A program made the translations under genes and the position numbers. A DNA stretch of 64,000 bases from an uncultured bacterium (GTDB lineage Bacteria > Zixibacteria > MSB-5A5 > GN15 > FEB-12): positions 8,734 to 72,733 of the forward strand of contig CBFDBU010000010.1 of the NCBI GenBank assembly GCA_965603125.1. Direction: 5' to 3'. Each line of letters opens with the position of its first letter. Position 1 is the first letter of the stretch. Below the pieces are notes generated by a model, which saw nothing but the letters and a program-made list of their open reading frames with translations, was not told where the DNA came from and did not search any database. Positions 1 through 9,108 of this stretch are shown here, one piece after another.

Positions 1-1
1 G

Positions 2-304
2 ACAGAGGCCGGCTGTTACCCAGCGGCTGACCCGGCTTTCGGATGTACGACCGCATACCAGTATCTCGACTCCGCCCTCCAGGCCGACTACCTCTCGCTG
101 AGAATCAAGAGGGAATACCGGGATCAAATTGACAGGATCGGTAATCGGGAGGACGTTTTCGTTGTCGACCTGCCCAATCTTTTTCGGCGCCACGGCGGTG
201 AGACCCTGTTCATCGATCACTGCCACCCCACCCGGGAAGGACATCTCCTGATTGCCGAGGAGCTGTTCCATCTCATCCGCGACAGTTCGCTGATACGGCC
301 ATGA
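2..304 (+). CDS. 3' end of an SGNH/GDSL-type hydrolase (5' end lies outside the window)
   Basis: My own translation of the frame that is open from the window edge to TGA at 302-304. The tail reads ...VFVVDLPNLFRRHGGETLFIDHCHPTREGHLLIAEELFHLI, which matches the D-x-x-H...G-H...A block V of SGNH hydrolases. It is absent from the ORF track because no start codon lies in the window. Confidence 0.45.
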   Translation, partial: TEAGCYPAADPAFGCTTAYQYLDSALQADYLSLRIKREYRDQIDRIGNREDVFVVDLPNLFRRHGGETLFIDHCHPTREGHLLIAEELFHLIRDSSLIRP

Positions 305-419
305 GCAGGCACACTTTCGCCGCGAGCCGACGAGGCGGATTCAGATGCTTGCATTCTGCTGTCCCGTCTCCGTACTTTCTTTTGCGAAGAAGCAACAAAC
401 ACACAAGGAGAATTCAAGC

Positions 420-890
420 ATGAACCTTTACCTAGTCCGACACGCTATGGCCACACCGAAAGATACCGATCCGACGCAGTCACTTTCCAATGAAGGCCGA
501 TCTCAGGCCGGAAAAGCAGCGGCCTACACCGCCAAACACGCACGCATCAGTGTGACGAACATCTTCCACAGTGGCAAGCTGCGGGCTAAACAGACGGCTG
601 AGGAGTTTGCCCAAGCGCTGAAACCCCGCGACGGTGTTCGCGAAACCGACAGTCTCAACCCGATGGATGATCCCTCAATCTGGGCGAACCGGCTGGCCAC
701 GGAAACCGAGAACCTGATGCTGGTGGGGCACCTTCCGCACCTGGGCAAGCTGGCCGGCCACCTGCTGTGCAACGACGAAAAGGTTGCAGCGGTGTCATTT
801 CACAACGTCGCTATCGTGTGTCTGCGAAGAGACGATGTGGGCGCGTGGTCACTCAATTGGATGCTTGTCCCTGACATCCTGCCGGACTGA
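420..890 (+). CDS. sixA: phosphohistidine phosphatase SixA (histidine phosphatase superfamily)
   Basis: The protein starts MNLYLVRHAMA (RH catalytic motif) and later has LMLVGHLPHL (GH motif), at about 156 aa. ATG at 420 follows AAGGAG at 405-410. The upstream part of ORF 345..890 is treated as non-coding. Confidence 0.8.
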   Translation: MNLYLVRHAMATPKDTDPTQSLSNEGRSQAGKAAAYTAKHARISVTNIFHSGKLRAKQTAEEFAQALKPRDGVRETDSLNPMDDPSIWANRLATETENLMLVGHLPHLGKLAGHLLCNDEKVAAVSFHNVAIVCLRRDDVGAWSLNWMLVPDILPD

Positions 891-931
891 CGGCCGCACG
901 AGGCACGCGTCCTTAGTGCGGCACCCGCCTG

Positions 932-3136
932 CTATTGTTTTTCCCGCATCGATAAGCCAATACGACCTCGCTCAAGGTCCACGCTGAGCACCGTCACCTC
1001 CACCTTCTGGCGGACCTTGACGATCTCACCCGGATCCTTGACGAAGGCGTCGGCCAGTTCGCTGATATGCACTAACCCGTCCTGATGGACACCGATATCG
1101 ACAAAGGCGCCAAAGGCAGTGACGTTGGTGATGATTCCGGGAAGCTTCATCCCGGCCTTCACGTCTTCGATACACGTCACCGACTCGTCGAAGGCAAAGG
1201 TCTCGAACTGCGACCGCGGATCGCGCCCCGGCCGGGCCAGTTCGTCCATGATATCCTGAAGCGTCGGCAGTCCCACGGTATCAGAAACATAGTTTTCTAA
1301 CCTCACCCGTTCCCGCAGCTTTTCATCCTGCATCAGGAGCCCGACCGTGCAGCCGAGATCAGACGCCATGGCGTTCACCACCGCGTAGCTTTCCGGGTGC
1401 ACACCGCTCTTATCGAGGGGATTGCTGCAATCGGCAAGGCGCAGGAATCCGGCGGCCTGTTCAAAGGCTTTGGGGCCAAGTCGCGGAACTTTCTTGAACA
1501 TATCCCGTGATTTGAACGGTCCCTGCCGATCGCGATAGGCTACGATGTTGCCGGCCAGTTGCCGACCGAGACCGGAAACATAGCTGAGCAACTCCCGGCT
1601 GGCGGTGTTCACTTCCACCCCGACGCTGTTGACACAACCCATCACGGAGTCATCGAGCGTCAGTTTCAAAGCGGTCTGGTCAACGTCGTGCTGGTACTGT
1701 CCCACACCGATGGACTTGGGGTCGATCTTCACCAACTCGGCCAGCGGGTCCATCAGGCGTCGGCCGATCGAGACCGCGCCGCGAACGGTTATATCATGGT
1801 CGGGAAACTCCTCACGCGCCACGTCGGAGGCAGAGTACACGGACGCCCCTGCCTCGTCAACCATCACTACCTGAATATGCTCCGGCAGATCCAGCGTCTT
1901 GATGAAGACATCGGTCTCCCGACCGGCGGTGCCGTTGCCGATTGCGATCACGTTGACGCGGAATTTTTCGCACAGTGCTTTTAACGTAACGGCGGCGTCT
2001 TCACGCTCGGCGGCCCCGGCATGTGGTTGTATCGTGCAATGATGCTGGAGCGCTCCCTGCCGGTCAAGACAGACGACTTTGCAGCCGGTGCGAAAGCCGG
2101 GGTCGATTGCCAGCAAGCGCTTGCGGCCCAGCGGCGGGGACATCAGCAACTGGCGAAGGTTGTCGGCAAAAACCCGGATCGCCTCTGTATCGGCAGCCTT
2201 TTTTGTCTCAGCGCGCATCTCGGTTTCCATCGCCGGACCCAAGAGACGTCGGTAACTGTCATGAACGGCCAGACGAACCTGCTCTGAAGCCGGGTTGTCA
2301 CCGATGACAAAGATATCCTCCAGTATCGCCAGTGCCGTCTCTTCCTCTGGAGCAATTCGCAGCCTCAGAATGGACTCCGCCTCGCCGCGCCGCATGGCCA
2401 GAATGCGATGCGATGGCGCGTCCCTGGCAGACTCCTCCCAGTCGAAGTAGTCAGAGTAAGCAGCACCCTCGGTTTCCTTCCCGGGAGCTACTTTCGAGCA
2501 GATTGTTGCCTGCGCGGTGAACAACTCCCGCATCCGGGAGCGGGCGTCAGTGTCCTCGTTGATCCATTCGGCAACTATATCCCTCGCTCCCGCCAATGCT
2601 TCCTCGGCACTCGCCACACCCGTCTCGTCGTCGAGAAAAGCTTCGGCCTCGGATTGCGGTTCGATATCATCCTGAGTAAACAGCAACTCCGCCAGTGGCT
2701 CCAGACCGCGCTCGCAGGCGAGGGTGGCTCGAGTGCGGCGCTTGGGCCGGTACGGCAGGTAGATGTCCTCCAGCGCCGGCATGGTTTCAGCGCCGTTGAT
2801 TTCGCTGTGCAACTCGTCGGTAAGCAGCCCGCGTTCGTCGAGTGACTTCACAATCGCCTCGCGTCGCTTCTCCAGGTGTCGCAACCGGGCGATCCGGTCG
2901 CGGATGGCCGTGATGGCAACCTCATTGAGACTCCCCGTCGCTTCCTTACGATAGCGGGCAATAAACGGCACCGTCGCGTCGGCGTCGAGCAGCGCCACCG
3001 TGAACGCCACCTGCTCCTGCTTGAGTGTCAACTCTGTCGCTATTTTGGCGATCTGTTTCTCGTGCATTTGCTCCTCGATGTGCGGCATAATCACCGATCC
3101 GAACTTTCGCGACCAGGAGTTCTTTCCTCCTGACAT
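932..3136 (-). CDS. tex: Tex-like transcription accessory protein (YqgF/RuvC-like plus HhH plus C-terminal S1 domain)
   Basis: 734-aa ORF. The N-terminus has VPFIARYRKEATGSLNEV. The C-terminal S1 domain reads GMKLPGIITNVTAFGAFVDIGVHQDGLVHISELAD. The true start may be an internal Met (MPHIEE, at 3088). Confidence 0.9.
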   Translation of the reverse strand: MSGGKNSWSRKFGSVIMPHIEEQMHEKQIAKIATELTLKQEQVAFTVALLDADATVPFIARYRKEATGSLNEVAITAIRDRIARLRHLEKRREAIVKSLDERGLLTDELHSEINGAETMPALEDIYLPYRPKRRTRATLACERGLEPLAELLFTQDDIEPQSEAEAFLDDETGVASAEEALAGARDIVAEWINEDTDARSRMRELFTAQATICSKVAPGKETEGAAYSDYFDWEESARDAPSHRILAMRRGEAESILRLRIAPEEETALAILEDIFVIGDNPASEQVRLAVHDSYRRLLGPAMETEMRAETKKAADTEAIRVFADNLRQLLMSPPLGRKRLLAIDPGFRTGCKVVCLDRQGALQHHCTIQPHAGAAEREDAAVTLKALCEKFRVNVIAIGNGTAGRETDVFIKTLDLPEHIQVVMVDEAGASVYSASDVAREEFPDHDITVRGAVSIGRRLMDPLAELVKIDPKSIGVGQYQHDVDQTALKLTLDDSVMGCVNSVGVEVNTASRELLSYVSGLGRQLAGNIVAYRDRQGPFKSRDMFKKVPRLGPKAFEQAAGFLRLADCSNPLDKSGVHPESYAVVNAMASDLGCTVGLLMQDEKLRERVRLENYVSDTVGLPTLQDIMDELARPGRDPRSQFETFAFDESVTCIEDVKAGMKLPGIITNVTAFGAFVDIGVHQDGLVHISELADAFVKDPGEIVKVRQKVEVTVLSVDLERGRIGLSMREKQ

Positions 3137-3262
3137 CCCCTAAGATACGAAGAACAGCCCGAATTCGGAACAGGAAAGGTGACAGAAAGAAGCTCTTGCC
3201 GGGCGGACGTGGAGCCTGTAGATTGTCGGTGAAGGCAAAGTGAATAGCAGAGAAGATACGAG

Positions 3263-3754
3263 ATGACAGATACGACGTTGCCGGAGTCGGCGATTGAGAT
3301 TGTTGAGTTTCAGCCGCGGTATGCCCGGTATTTCCGCGATCTCAATTATGAATGGCTCGAGGAGTATTTCGAAGTCGAGCTGTATGACAAAATCATCCTG
3401 AATGATCCCGAAAAGCATGTTATAAAGCAGGGCGGCTGCGTTCTTTTTGCGCTGACGAGGGGCGAGGTGGTAGGAACCTGCGCTCTTCTGAAACACACCG
3501 AAAGTAAGTACGAACTGGCCAAGATGGGAGTCACCAGGAAGTATCGTAGTCGCGGCATAGGTCGCCGTCTCACACAGACAGCCATCGACAAGGCCCGCAC
3601 CCTTGGAGCGAATACGCTGGTATTGGCGACCAGCAAGCTTCTTCCCGTGGCGAACCATCTATACGAGGACATGGGTTTCCTGCATGTCGATCTCTCTGTC
3701 ATCGGCCCGCTGCCATACAATCGCGAGACTATTGTCATGGCCATGAAGCTTTAA
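3263..3754 (+). CDS. GNAT family N-acetyltransferase
   Basis: 163 aa. The acetyl-CoA pocket motif is MGVTRKYRSRGIGRRLTQTAIDKARTLG (R-x-x-G-x-G), and the size is typical of the family. Confidence 0.8.
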   Translation: MTDTTLPESAIEIVEFQPRYARYFRDLNYEWLEEYFEVELYDKIILNDPEKHVIKQGGCVLFALTRGEVVGTCALLKHTESKYELAKMGVTRKYRSRGIGRRLTQTAIDKARTLGANTLVLATSKLLPVANHLYEDMGFLHVDLSVIGPLPYNRETIVMAMKL

Positions 3755-4084
3755 GGGGTTACCCCAAAACCTGGAACAGAATACATGACAGCAACTGCCT
3801 TCCGCTACGGGTCGTTTCCACTCCGTCATTCATGCTCTTCTGTTATCTCTGGCAGAAGCCAGTATCCAGTCCTCGAATCCAACCTGGATTCCTTGTCAAG
3901 CCCGGAATGACGAAGGTGTTCACGTGAGAGGCAGCCTCTCCCTGCCCAAAACAACGGTACTCCCTTCAGCCCTTCATAAGAGAAGTTTGAAACAACACCA
4001 GAATATTCCGATACGAACACCACCGGTCGCAGTGTTGACCGGCAGGATTCAAAAATACCTGGTTTATTTGAAAAACTTACTCCA

Positions 4085-5311
4085 TTAACCACCGCAACCG
4101 CTACTGAGAGTGACCGCTTGTGTTGATTCAGCCTTCAAATCCTGTTTCTTTTCCTTGATTGGTTTAGATACTGGATTCTTGGGGTCTGATGTATATCCCA
4201 GAAAGCCACCCTTAATGGATTTAACATTCTTGTATTTGAGACGTTCCACCAGGCTTTCACCGGCCAAAGCAGCACGTCCACCTTTTTTACAATAAAGGAT
4301 GATGTCTTTATCTTTATCCTCAACAGTATTCAGGATTTTGAACTCAAGTAGACCACGAGGAATGCTAATAGCGTTAGGGATATAACCTTCTCCATATTCA
4401 GCTTCTTGTCTTACATCAATTAATACGAAATCTTTTCCCTCTTTTACCATTGCTTTGTAATCATCTACAGAGATCTCTGTTATTCTTTTCTTCGCTTCCG
4501 CGACCATGGCCTTAACTTTGGGGGTGGGAATAGCGGCAGCTTCCGACCATGCTTTCCAGCCACCTGCAATTGACTTCACGTTATTATATTTAAGACGTTT
4601 AAGTCTTTCAGCAGCTAAAGCAGCACGCCCGCCGTTTTTACAATATAGTATGATATTTGCATCTTTGTTGGGATATTTTTTTGTGATCTCGAATTCAAGC
4701 AAGCCACGGGGAATATTGACAGAACCAACGACATTACCGGCTTTGAATTCTTGGGGCTCACGAACATCAATCAAAACGAATTTTGCTTTCTTTGCCATCA
4801 GTGTTTTTAAGTCTGCGGGCGTGATTTCCGTTAGCGTCGCCTTCGAAGCTTTGACCATCCGTATAACTTCTTCGGGCATCTGTTGTTTTTCAGGTACCGG
4901 AGCAGCTTCAACCCATGCCTTCCAGCCACCGGCTATGGATCTGACATTATTATACTTAAGTTGACCCAAGGCTCTGGTAGCTAAAGAGGCACGTCCACCG
5001 TTTTTGCAATAGAGAACGATATTGCTATTTCTGTCCGCATACTTCTCGGTGATTTTAAACTCCAGTAAACCACGAGGAATATTAGTAGCGCCCGGAATAT
5101 GGCCGGCTGAATATTCCCCTGCTGTGCGGACGTCAATCAGTACATACTCCTCCTTCCCCATTACGTTTGCAAAGTCATCGACTGAAATCTCAGTTATTTT
5201 GGTTCTGGTCGCCTCTACCAATTGCCCAGCATTATCAAACTGACCTTCACAACCGGAAACCAAAACAAGTACTGCGAACAGTAATACAAAATTAATAATA
5301 ACTTTTTTCAT
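4085..5311 (-). CDS. lipoprotein with three tandem rhodanese domains and a C-terminal ...SSGCGG tail
   Basis: The start is taken at MKKVIINFVLLFAVLVLVSGC (lipobox LVSGC, Cys21), giving 408 aa. Three rhodanese modules each carry an active-site loop: CKNGGR (C102), CKNGGR (C224) and CKKGGR (C341). The 34-aa K/P/S-rich tail ends AVTLSSGCGG-stop. Confidence 0.8.
   Translation of the reverse strand: MKKVIINFVLLFAVLVLVSGCEGQFDNAGQLVEATRTKITEISVDDFANVMGKEEYVLIDVRTAGEYSAGHIPGATNIPRGLLEFKITEKYADRNSNIVLYCKNGGRASLATRALGQLKYNNVRSIAGGWKAWVEAAPVPEKQQMPEEVIRMVKASKATLTEITPADLKTLMAKKAKFVLIDVREPQEFKAGNVVGSVNIPRGLLEFEITKKYPNKDANIILYCKNGGRAALAAERLKRLKYNNVKSIAGGWKAWSEAAAIPTPKVKAMVAEAKKRITEISVDDYKAMVKEGKDFVLIDVRQEAEYGEGYIPNAISIPRGLLEFKILNTVEDKDKDIILYCKKGGRAALAGESLVERLKYKNVKSIKGGFLGYTSDPKNPVSKPIKEKKQDLKAESTQAVTLSSGCGG
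4190..5197 (-). repeat. three-fold tandem repeat of a ~97-aa rhodanese module (period ~118-121 aa, ~360 nt)
   Basis: The modules span aa 39-135, 160-256 and 278-374. They share ITEI(S/T)..D...LIDVR...E(Y/F)..G...(G/N)..NIPRGLLEF.I......D..I(V/I)LYCK.GGRA......L..LKY.NV.SI.GG. The similarity is also visible at DNA level. Confidence 0.8.
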
Positions 5312-5409
5312 TGCTTTTTCCTTTCTTCTTTTAAAAGAGACAAACGCCGACTGCCGGCAAAACTTCTCCATGTAAATGACATTATTTGGTTAAGCATCAA
5401 GAACTCAAA

Positions 5410-6621
5410 CTAATATGCACTAAACTTCCCGGTTTTTTCATTCCATTTAACAAAGAGATACCATATTAACAAAATCGCCAATACAAGGACGACCGACCAT
5501 ATATAGCCGATATAGTCAGGCATAAAGTTTCTAAAACGTGTAGAATGAGGTAAAAGCTTAACAAATCCCGGTTCAATATAATTCTTTGTTATGGGAGAAA
5601 TGAGTAAAAATCCAAGGGCGGCTGCCCATAATTTAATCTGTCCTTCTCCGAATCTCCATAGTGTTCCGACTGCGCAACCACCCGCTATTGTCATGCCAAG
5701 ACCAAAAATGAATCCGCCGATTGGAGCCCTCAGCCAGAAATTAGGAAATACCCATGTCAACTCTCTGTAACGTAAGGATAGATCACCTGCTCCAACTCCG
5801 AATTGTTTTATCAGTGTAAACCCTATAAGTCCGATCAATAGACCAGCTATTATACCGACTGTGCTGGATGATTTTCCGGTCATAAAAGGATCGCGGAATG
5901 ATGCCACAATGCAGAATCTTGAGCGTTGGCAAATCATTCCCAGCAAAAGACCAATAATTACAAACCAGGCCATTATCTTATTTGTTCCGGAATAGTTGTA
6001 CGCTATAACAAACACCATAATGGTCACAATAAGGCCCAGCCATTTCTGCCAAGCCCCCTTACCCTCAGAAGCAGCTAAAAGTGTCTTACTTTTACCTGAA
6101 CTGATACCGGGTAAGTGTTCCATTTCCCACATGAGGTATTTTAGGGCCACTAATGTACCTAAAAACAGACCTACCGTTAATAATATTGCTCCCCCTGAAA
6201 GAGCAGGCACTCCACTAAAAAATCCACCAATAGTGCATCCGATACCTAATATAGCCCCGATCGCCATTAAACCCCCGCCGATAAATCCTTTAATTAACTC
6301 TCCAACAGGTGGAATTCTCAGGGCAAACTCCTTTGCCAAAAGAGCACCTACAAAAGCTCCGAGAATAATCAGAATATTCAACATTCCATATAAGCTGTCA
6401 CTTATTGAGGTAACATTTTCTATTCCCAATACTCCCAGTGCCTGATACAGATTTTCTCCCCAATTATTATAGCCACCACTACCGCCCCATGGGCTCTTAA
6501 TCATAAAGAGAAACACATTAAGCAACCCCAGCAAAATTCCTCCAACCCAGACAGGCCAATGTTTTGAGAAAAATGTACGAAAGAGTTGGCTTAATGCAGA
6601 TTTGTTTGATTCTTGTTCCAT
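5410..6621 (-). CDS. YeeE/YedE-family inner-membrane sulfur (thiosulfate) transporter
   Basis: 403 aa and polytopic. It has the three conserved Cys contexts of the family: GIGCTIGGF, MICQRSRFCIV and IAGGCAVGTLW. A TusA-like gene lies immediately upstream in the same operon. Confidence 0.8.
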   Translation of the reverse strand: MEQESNKSALSQLFRTFFSKHWPVWVGGILLGLLNVFLFMIKSPWGGSGGYNNWGENLYQALGVLGIENVTSISDSLYGMLNILIILGAFVGALLAKEFALRIPPVGELIKGFIGGGLMAIGAILGIGCTIGGFFSGVPALSGGAILLTVGLFLGTLVALKYLMWEMEHLPGISSGKSKTLLAASEGKGAWQKWLGLIVTIMVFVIAYNYSGTNKIMAWFVIIGLLLGMICQRSRFCIVASFRDPFMTGKSSSTVGIIAGLLIGLIGFTLIKQFGVGAGDLSLRYRELTWVFPNFWLRAPIGGFIFGLGMTIAGGCAVGTLWRFGEGQIKLWAAALGFLLISPITKNYIEPGFVKLLPHSTRFRNFMPDYIGYIWSVVLVLAILLIWYLFVKWNEKTGKFSAY

Positions 6622-6637
6622 AATAATCTATCCTCTC

Positions 6638-6874
6638 TCACTTCTTCTTGATTACAAAGCGAAAAACACCCCCTTCTAATTCACTCTCATCAAGAAGAGT
6701 ATTCCCTGTCTTCCCGCACCATGAATGCAAATCTGTTTTTGTTCCGGGGTCTGTACCCAACATTTCAAGCACCTGCTCTGATTTGAGCCCCTTCATTGCT
6801 TTTGACAATTTCATAATTGGCATGGGACAGGTGAGACCTTTTACATCCAAAGTTACGTCAATTTTTGTTTCCAT
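6638..6874 (-). CDS. TusA/SirA-like sulfurtransferase (YeeD-type partner of YeeE)
   Basis: 78 aa with the LDVKGLTCPMPIMKLSKAMKGL (CPxP) motif. AAGGAGAAATGAG precedes the ATG. Confidence 0.8.
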   Translation of the reverse strand: METKIDVTLDVKGLTCPMPIMKLSKAMKGLKSEQVLEMLGTDPGTKTDLHSWCGKTGNTLLDESELEGGVFRFVIKKK

Positions 6875-7114
6875 CTCATTTCTCCTTTTGTTGAGTGGTG
6901 AACAGTCAGTTGCTATAAATCATGTCCTCTTTTAAGGGAATTATTGAAATTTTCGGAGAAAAAACAATAAAATGCCCTTTGAAGCAAGTAGATTTTTTAT
7001 CAAATCACAGGTAGAATTGCCTCAAATTAAGTGTTAGCGAAGAGTGATGGATTTGATCTGGGAATTGTCACATGGCCTCATATTCAGTGTTTCCGGATGG
7101 AGACAAGAATATAA

Positions 7115-7198
7115 TGCCGAAGGGGGGACTCGAACCCCCACTCCCTTGCGAGAACTGCGCCCTGAACGCAGCGTGTCTACCGATTTCACCACTTCGGC
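7115..7198 (-). tRNA. tRNA-Leu (anticodon CAG)
   Basis: The reverse complement is GCCGAAGTGGTGAAATCGGTAGACACGCTGCGTTCAGGGCGCAGTTCTCGCAAGGGAGTGGGGGTTCGAGTCCCCCCTTCGGCA. The 7-bp acceptor stem is GCCGAAG/CTTCGGC. The anticodon stem is CTGCG/CGCAG with loop TTCAGGG. It has a long variable arm, a T-arm GGGGG-TTCGAGT-CCCCC, and is 84 nt long. Confidence 0.9.
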
Positions 7199-7368
7199 AT
7201 CAGCGTCCCAAGCCGTTAGACGACCGGTCCCGGAGACCTCCGCCAATATACCAGTATCCCTCAGATACGCAACATGAATTCCGGTCAGCATACGCATTTG
7301 CTTGATTCCCGGGATTGTACGCCGTAACTTGCTGCAACCTGAAACAGCACCGTAGCTTGAGTCTGCCC

Positions 7369-9042
7369 ATGCCTGTCAGATCACTGCAATGGATTCGCGT
7401 CCGCCTCGGCTCCCACAAAACCCAGGGCAGGTACCTCCGCTTCGCGGCCATACTTCTGCCTTTCTGCGCCTACCTGTTCCTGGCCACAGGCCTTTCCGAC
7501 TGGATTATTGACGACGCCGGCATCACCTTCTCATACTCGCGCTCTCTTAGCCAGGGGCATGGGCTCGTGTCTCAACCGGGCATGGAACCCGTGGAAGGGT
7601 ATTCCAATCCTCTGTGGATGCTGACTATGGTCCCCTTCTTCTTGGGCGGTATCTTTCATCCCTACATCGTTCCCAAACTGATCAGCTATGTCCTGGTGGC
7701 ATTGACATTCTGGCTGCTTCATCGGCTCGTTTCAAGATTGACGGGCGATTTCCTGCCGGCCACATTCGCAGCACTCTCGTTGTTGTCGGTGAATTCCTCT
7801 TTCGTGATATGGACCTGCTCGGGCCTGGAGAACCCCCTGTACGCAGCTCTGATCGTTGGCTTGACGTATCTGCATGTTGAATGGGCTGCCGGCAGCTGTT
7901 CCTGTGAGCACGCCCCGATCATGTCGGCCCTGCTGGCTTGCGCCATCGCCATGACGCGACCGGACGGCGTCGTTTACGCCACCCTCTTCCCCCTTGCGCT
8001 GGTGATTGGATTCAGACCAGGCGGGAACCGCTCAAGGCGTATGCTGCTCCGGGGTCTCGCAGTGTATGTATCCACGTTTGTCGTGGTATTTGGAGCATTC
8101 ATCTTGTTTCGATACCTCTATTTCCACGAATTGCACCCGAATACTTACTACGTCAAGGGGGGGCCTACTCTCGATATTGCTGTGCAGGCGCTAACTCTGC
8201 AGGGAGGATACTTGAACAAGTCCTACCTCCTGGTTCACAGTATACTGGGGCCGGTATTCTGGTGGCTGATCCCCATCGGCTGCATCGTGCTCCTAGTGAG
8301 CGCACTTTACCGCGTAGCGCGATGGCGAGAGTCAGTCGTTCTAACTGCTGGCACGCTCCTGACCGCATACGTCTTCCTGATCCTGAGCGAAGACTGGATG
8401 GGGGAGTATCGTTTCGCGACACCATTCTTCCCGCTGGCGTGTTGTTGTCTGGTTGTCTTTGTCCATGTTGTCCTCACCGCCATTGTTCGCGGCAAAGCGC
8501 GTCTCCTGGGTATCGGCTCAGCAGTCTTTGTGACACTGCTGATCTTAAGTGTTGACCTGCATTATCCGCGCATTCAGCACTACGTGAGATCGAAGCCGGT
8601 ATCCTTCGAACGCATAGCCAACCGATTCGGAAAGCGGTTCAACGATTACGCGGCTTTCCTCCAGGTACCGGATGCTTCCTTCCTGGTGCCGGATATGGGC
8701 GGCACCTTGTACTACTCAAAACTGCGTATCCATGACCTGGCCGGGCTGTGTGACAAGACCATTGCCCGTACCAGGGGCAGAGACCAGCAGCGTTTTTACG
8801 ATCATGTCTTCAAGGAACTCAAGCCGACATTTATCCATACGCACGGGTATTTCACAGCGGTTTCGAAATTCGACGACGACCCCCGTTTTTCCAGCGACTA
8901 CGTATCAATCAACGAGTATGTCGACAAGCACGTCGAGACCAGGTATGGCGAAACCCGAATCTCGGGGGATTTCGTAAGGAAAGATATCGCCGCCGACAAA
9001 GAGGCTCAACTTGATTCACTTCGCCAGGGACTGGCCCCATGA
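7369..9042 (+). CDS. polytopic GT-C-type membrane glycosyltransferase (family not resolved)
   Basis: Many TM segments. The first loop motif is IIDDAGITFSYSRSL..GHGL....EPVEGYSNPLWML. It is a paralogue of 9109..11235. The start is taken at ATG 7369; the ORF track begins at a TTG at 7315. Confidence 0.55.
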   Translation: MPVRSLQWIRVRLGSHKTQGRYLRFAAILLPFCAYLFLATGLSDWIIDDAGITFSYSRSLSQGHGLVSQPGMEPVEGYSNPLWMLTMVPFFLGGIFHPYIVPKLISYVLVALTFWLLHRLVSRLTGDFLPATFAALSLLSVNSSFVIWTCSGLENPLYAALIVGLTYLHVEWAAGSCSCEHAPIMSALLACAIAMTRPDGVVYATLFPLALVIGFRPGGNRSRRMLLRGLAVYVSTFVVVFGAFILFRYLYFHELHPNTYYVKGGPTLDIAVQALTLQGGYLNKSYLLVHSILGPVFWWLIPIGCIVLLVSALYRVARWRESVVLTAGTLLTAYVFLILSEDWMGEYRFATPFFPLACCCLVVFVHVVLTAIVRGKARLLGIGSAVFVTLLILSVDLHYPRIQHYVRSKPVSFERIANRFGKRFNDYAAFLQVPDASFLVPDMGGTLYYSKLRIHDLAGLCDKTIARTRGRDQQRFYDHVFKELKPTFIHTHGYFTAVSKFDDDPRFSSDYVSINEYVDKHVETRYGETRISGDFVRKDIAADKEAQLDSLRQGLAP

Positions 9043-9108
9043 ACTCCGGGCGGAAGCTCCGTTCCGACAGGGTCGGCGCTTCGGAGGACGGAGATGAATC
9101 CGTTCGCG

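Noticed and set aside
3826-4092. An 88-aa minus-strand ORF between the GNAT gene and the rhodanese gene.
   Set aside because: It has no motif, and it sits at the GC transition of the island boundary, overlapping the rhodanese stop. I treat it as non-coding.
7034-7451. Several 77-87-aa ORFs on both strands around 7.0-7.45 kb.
   Set aside because: They overlap tRNA-Leu and its flanks. The tRNA cloverleaf explains the sequence.
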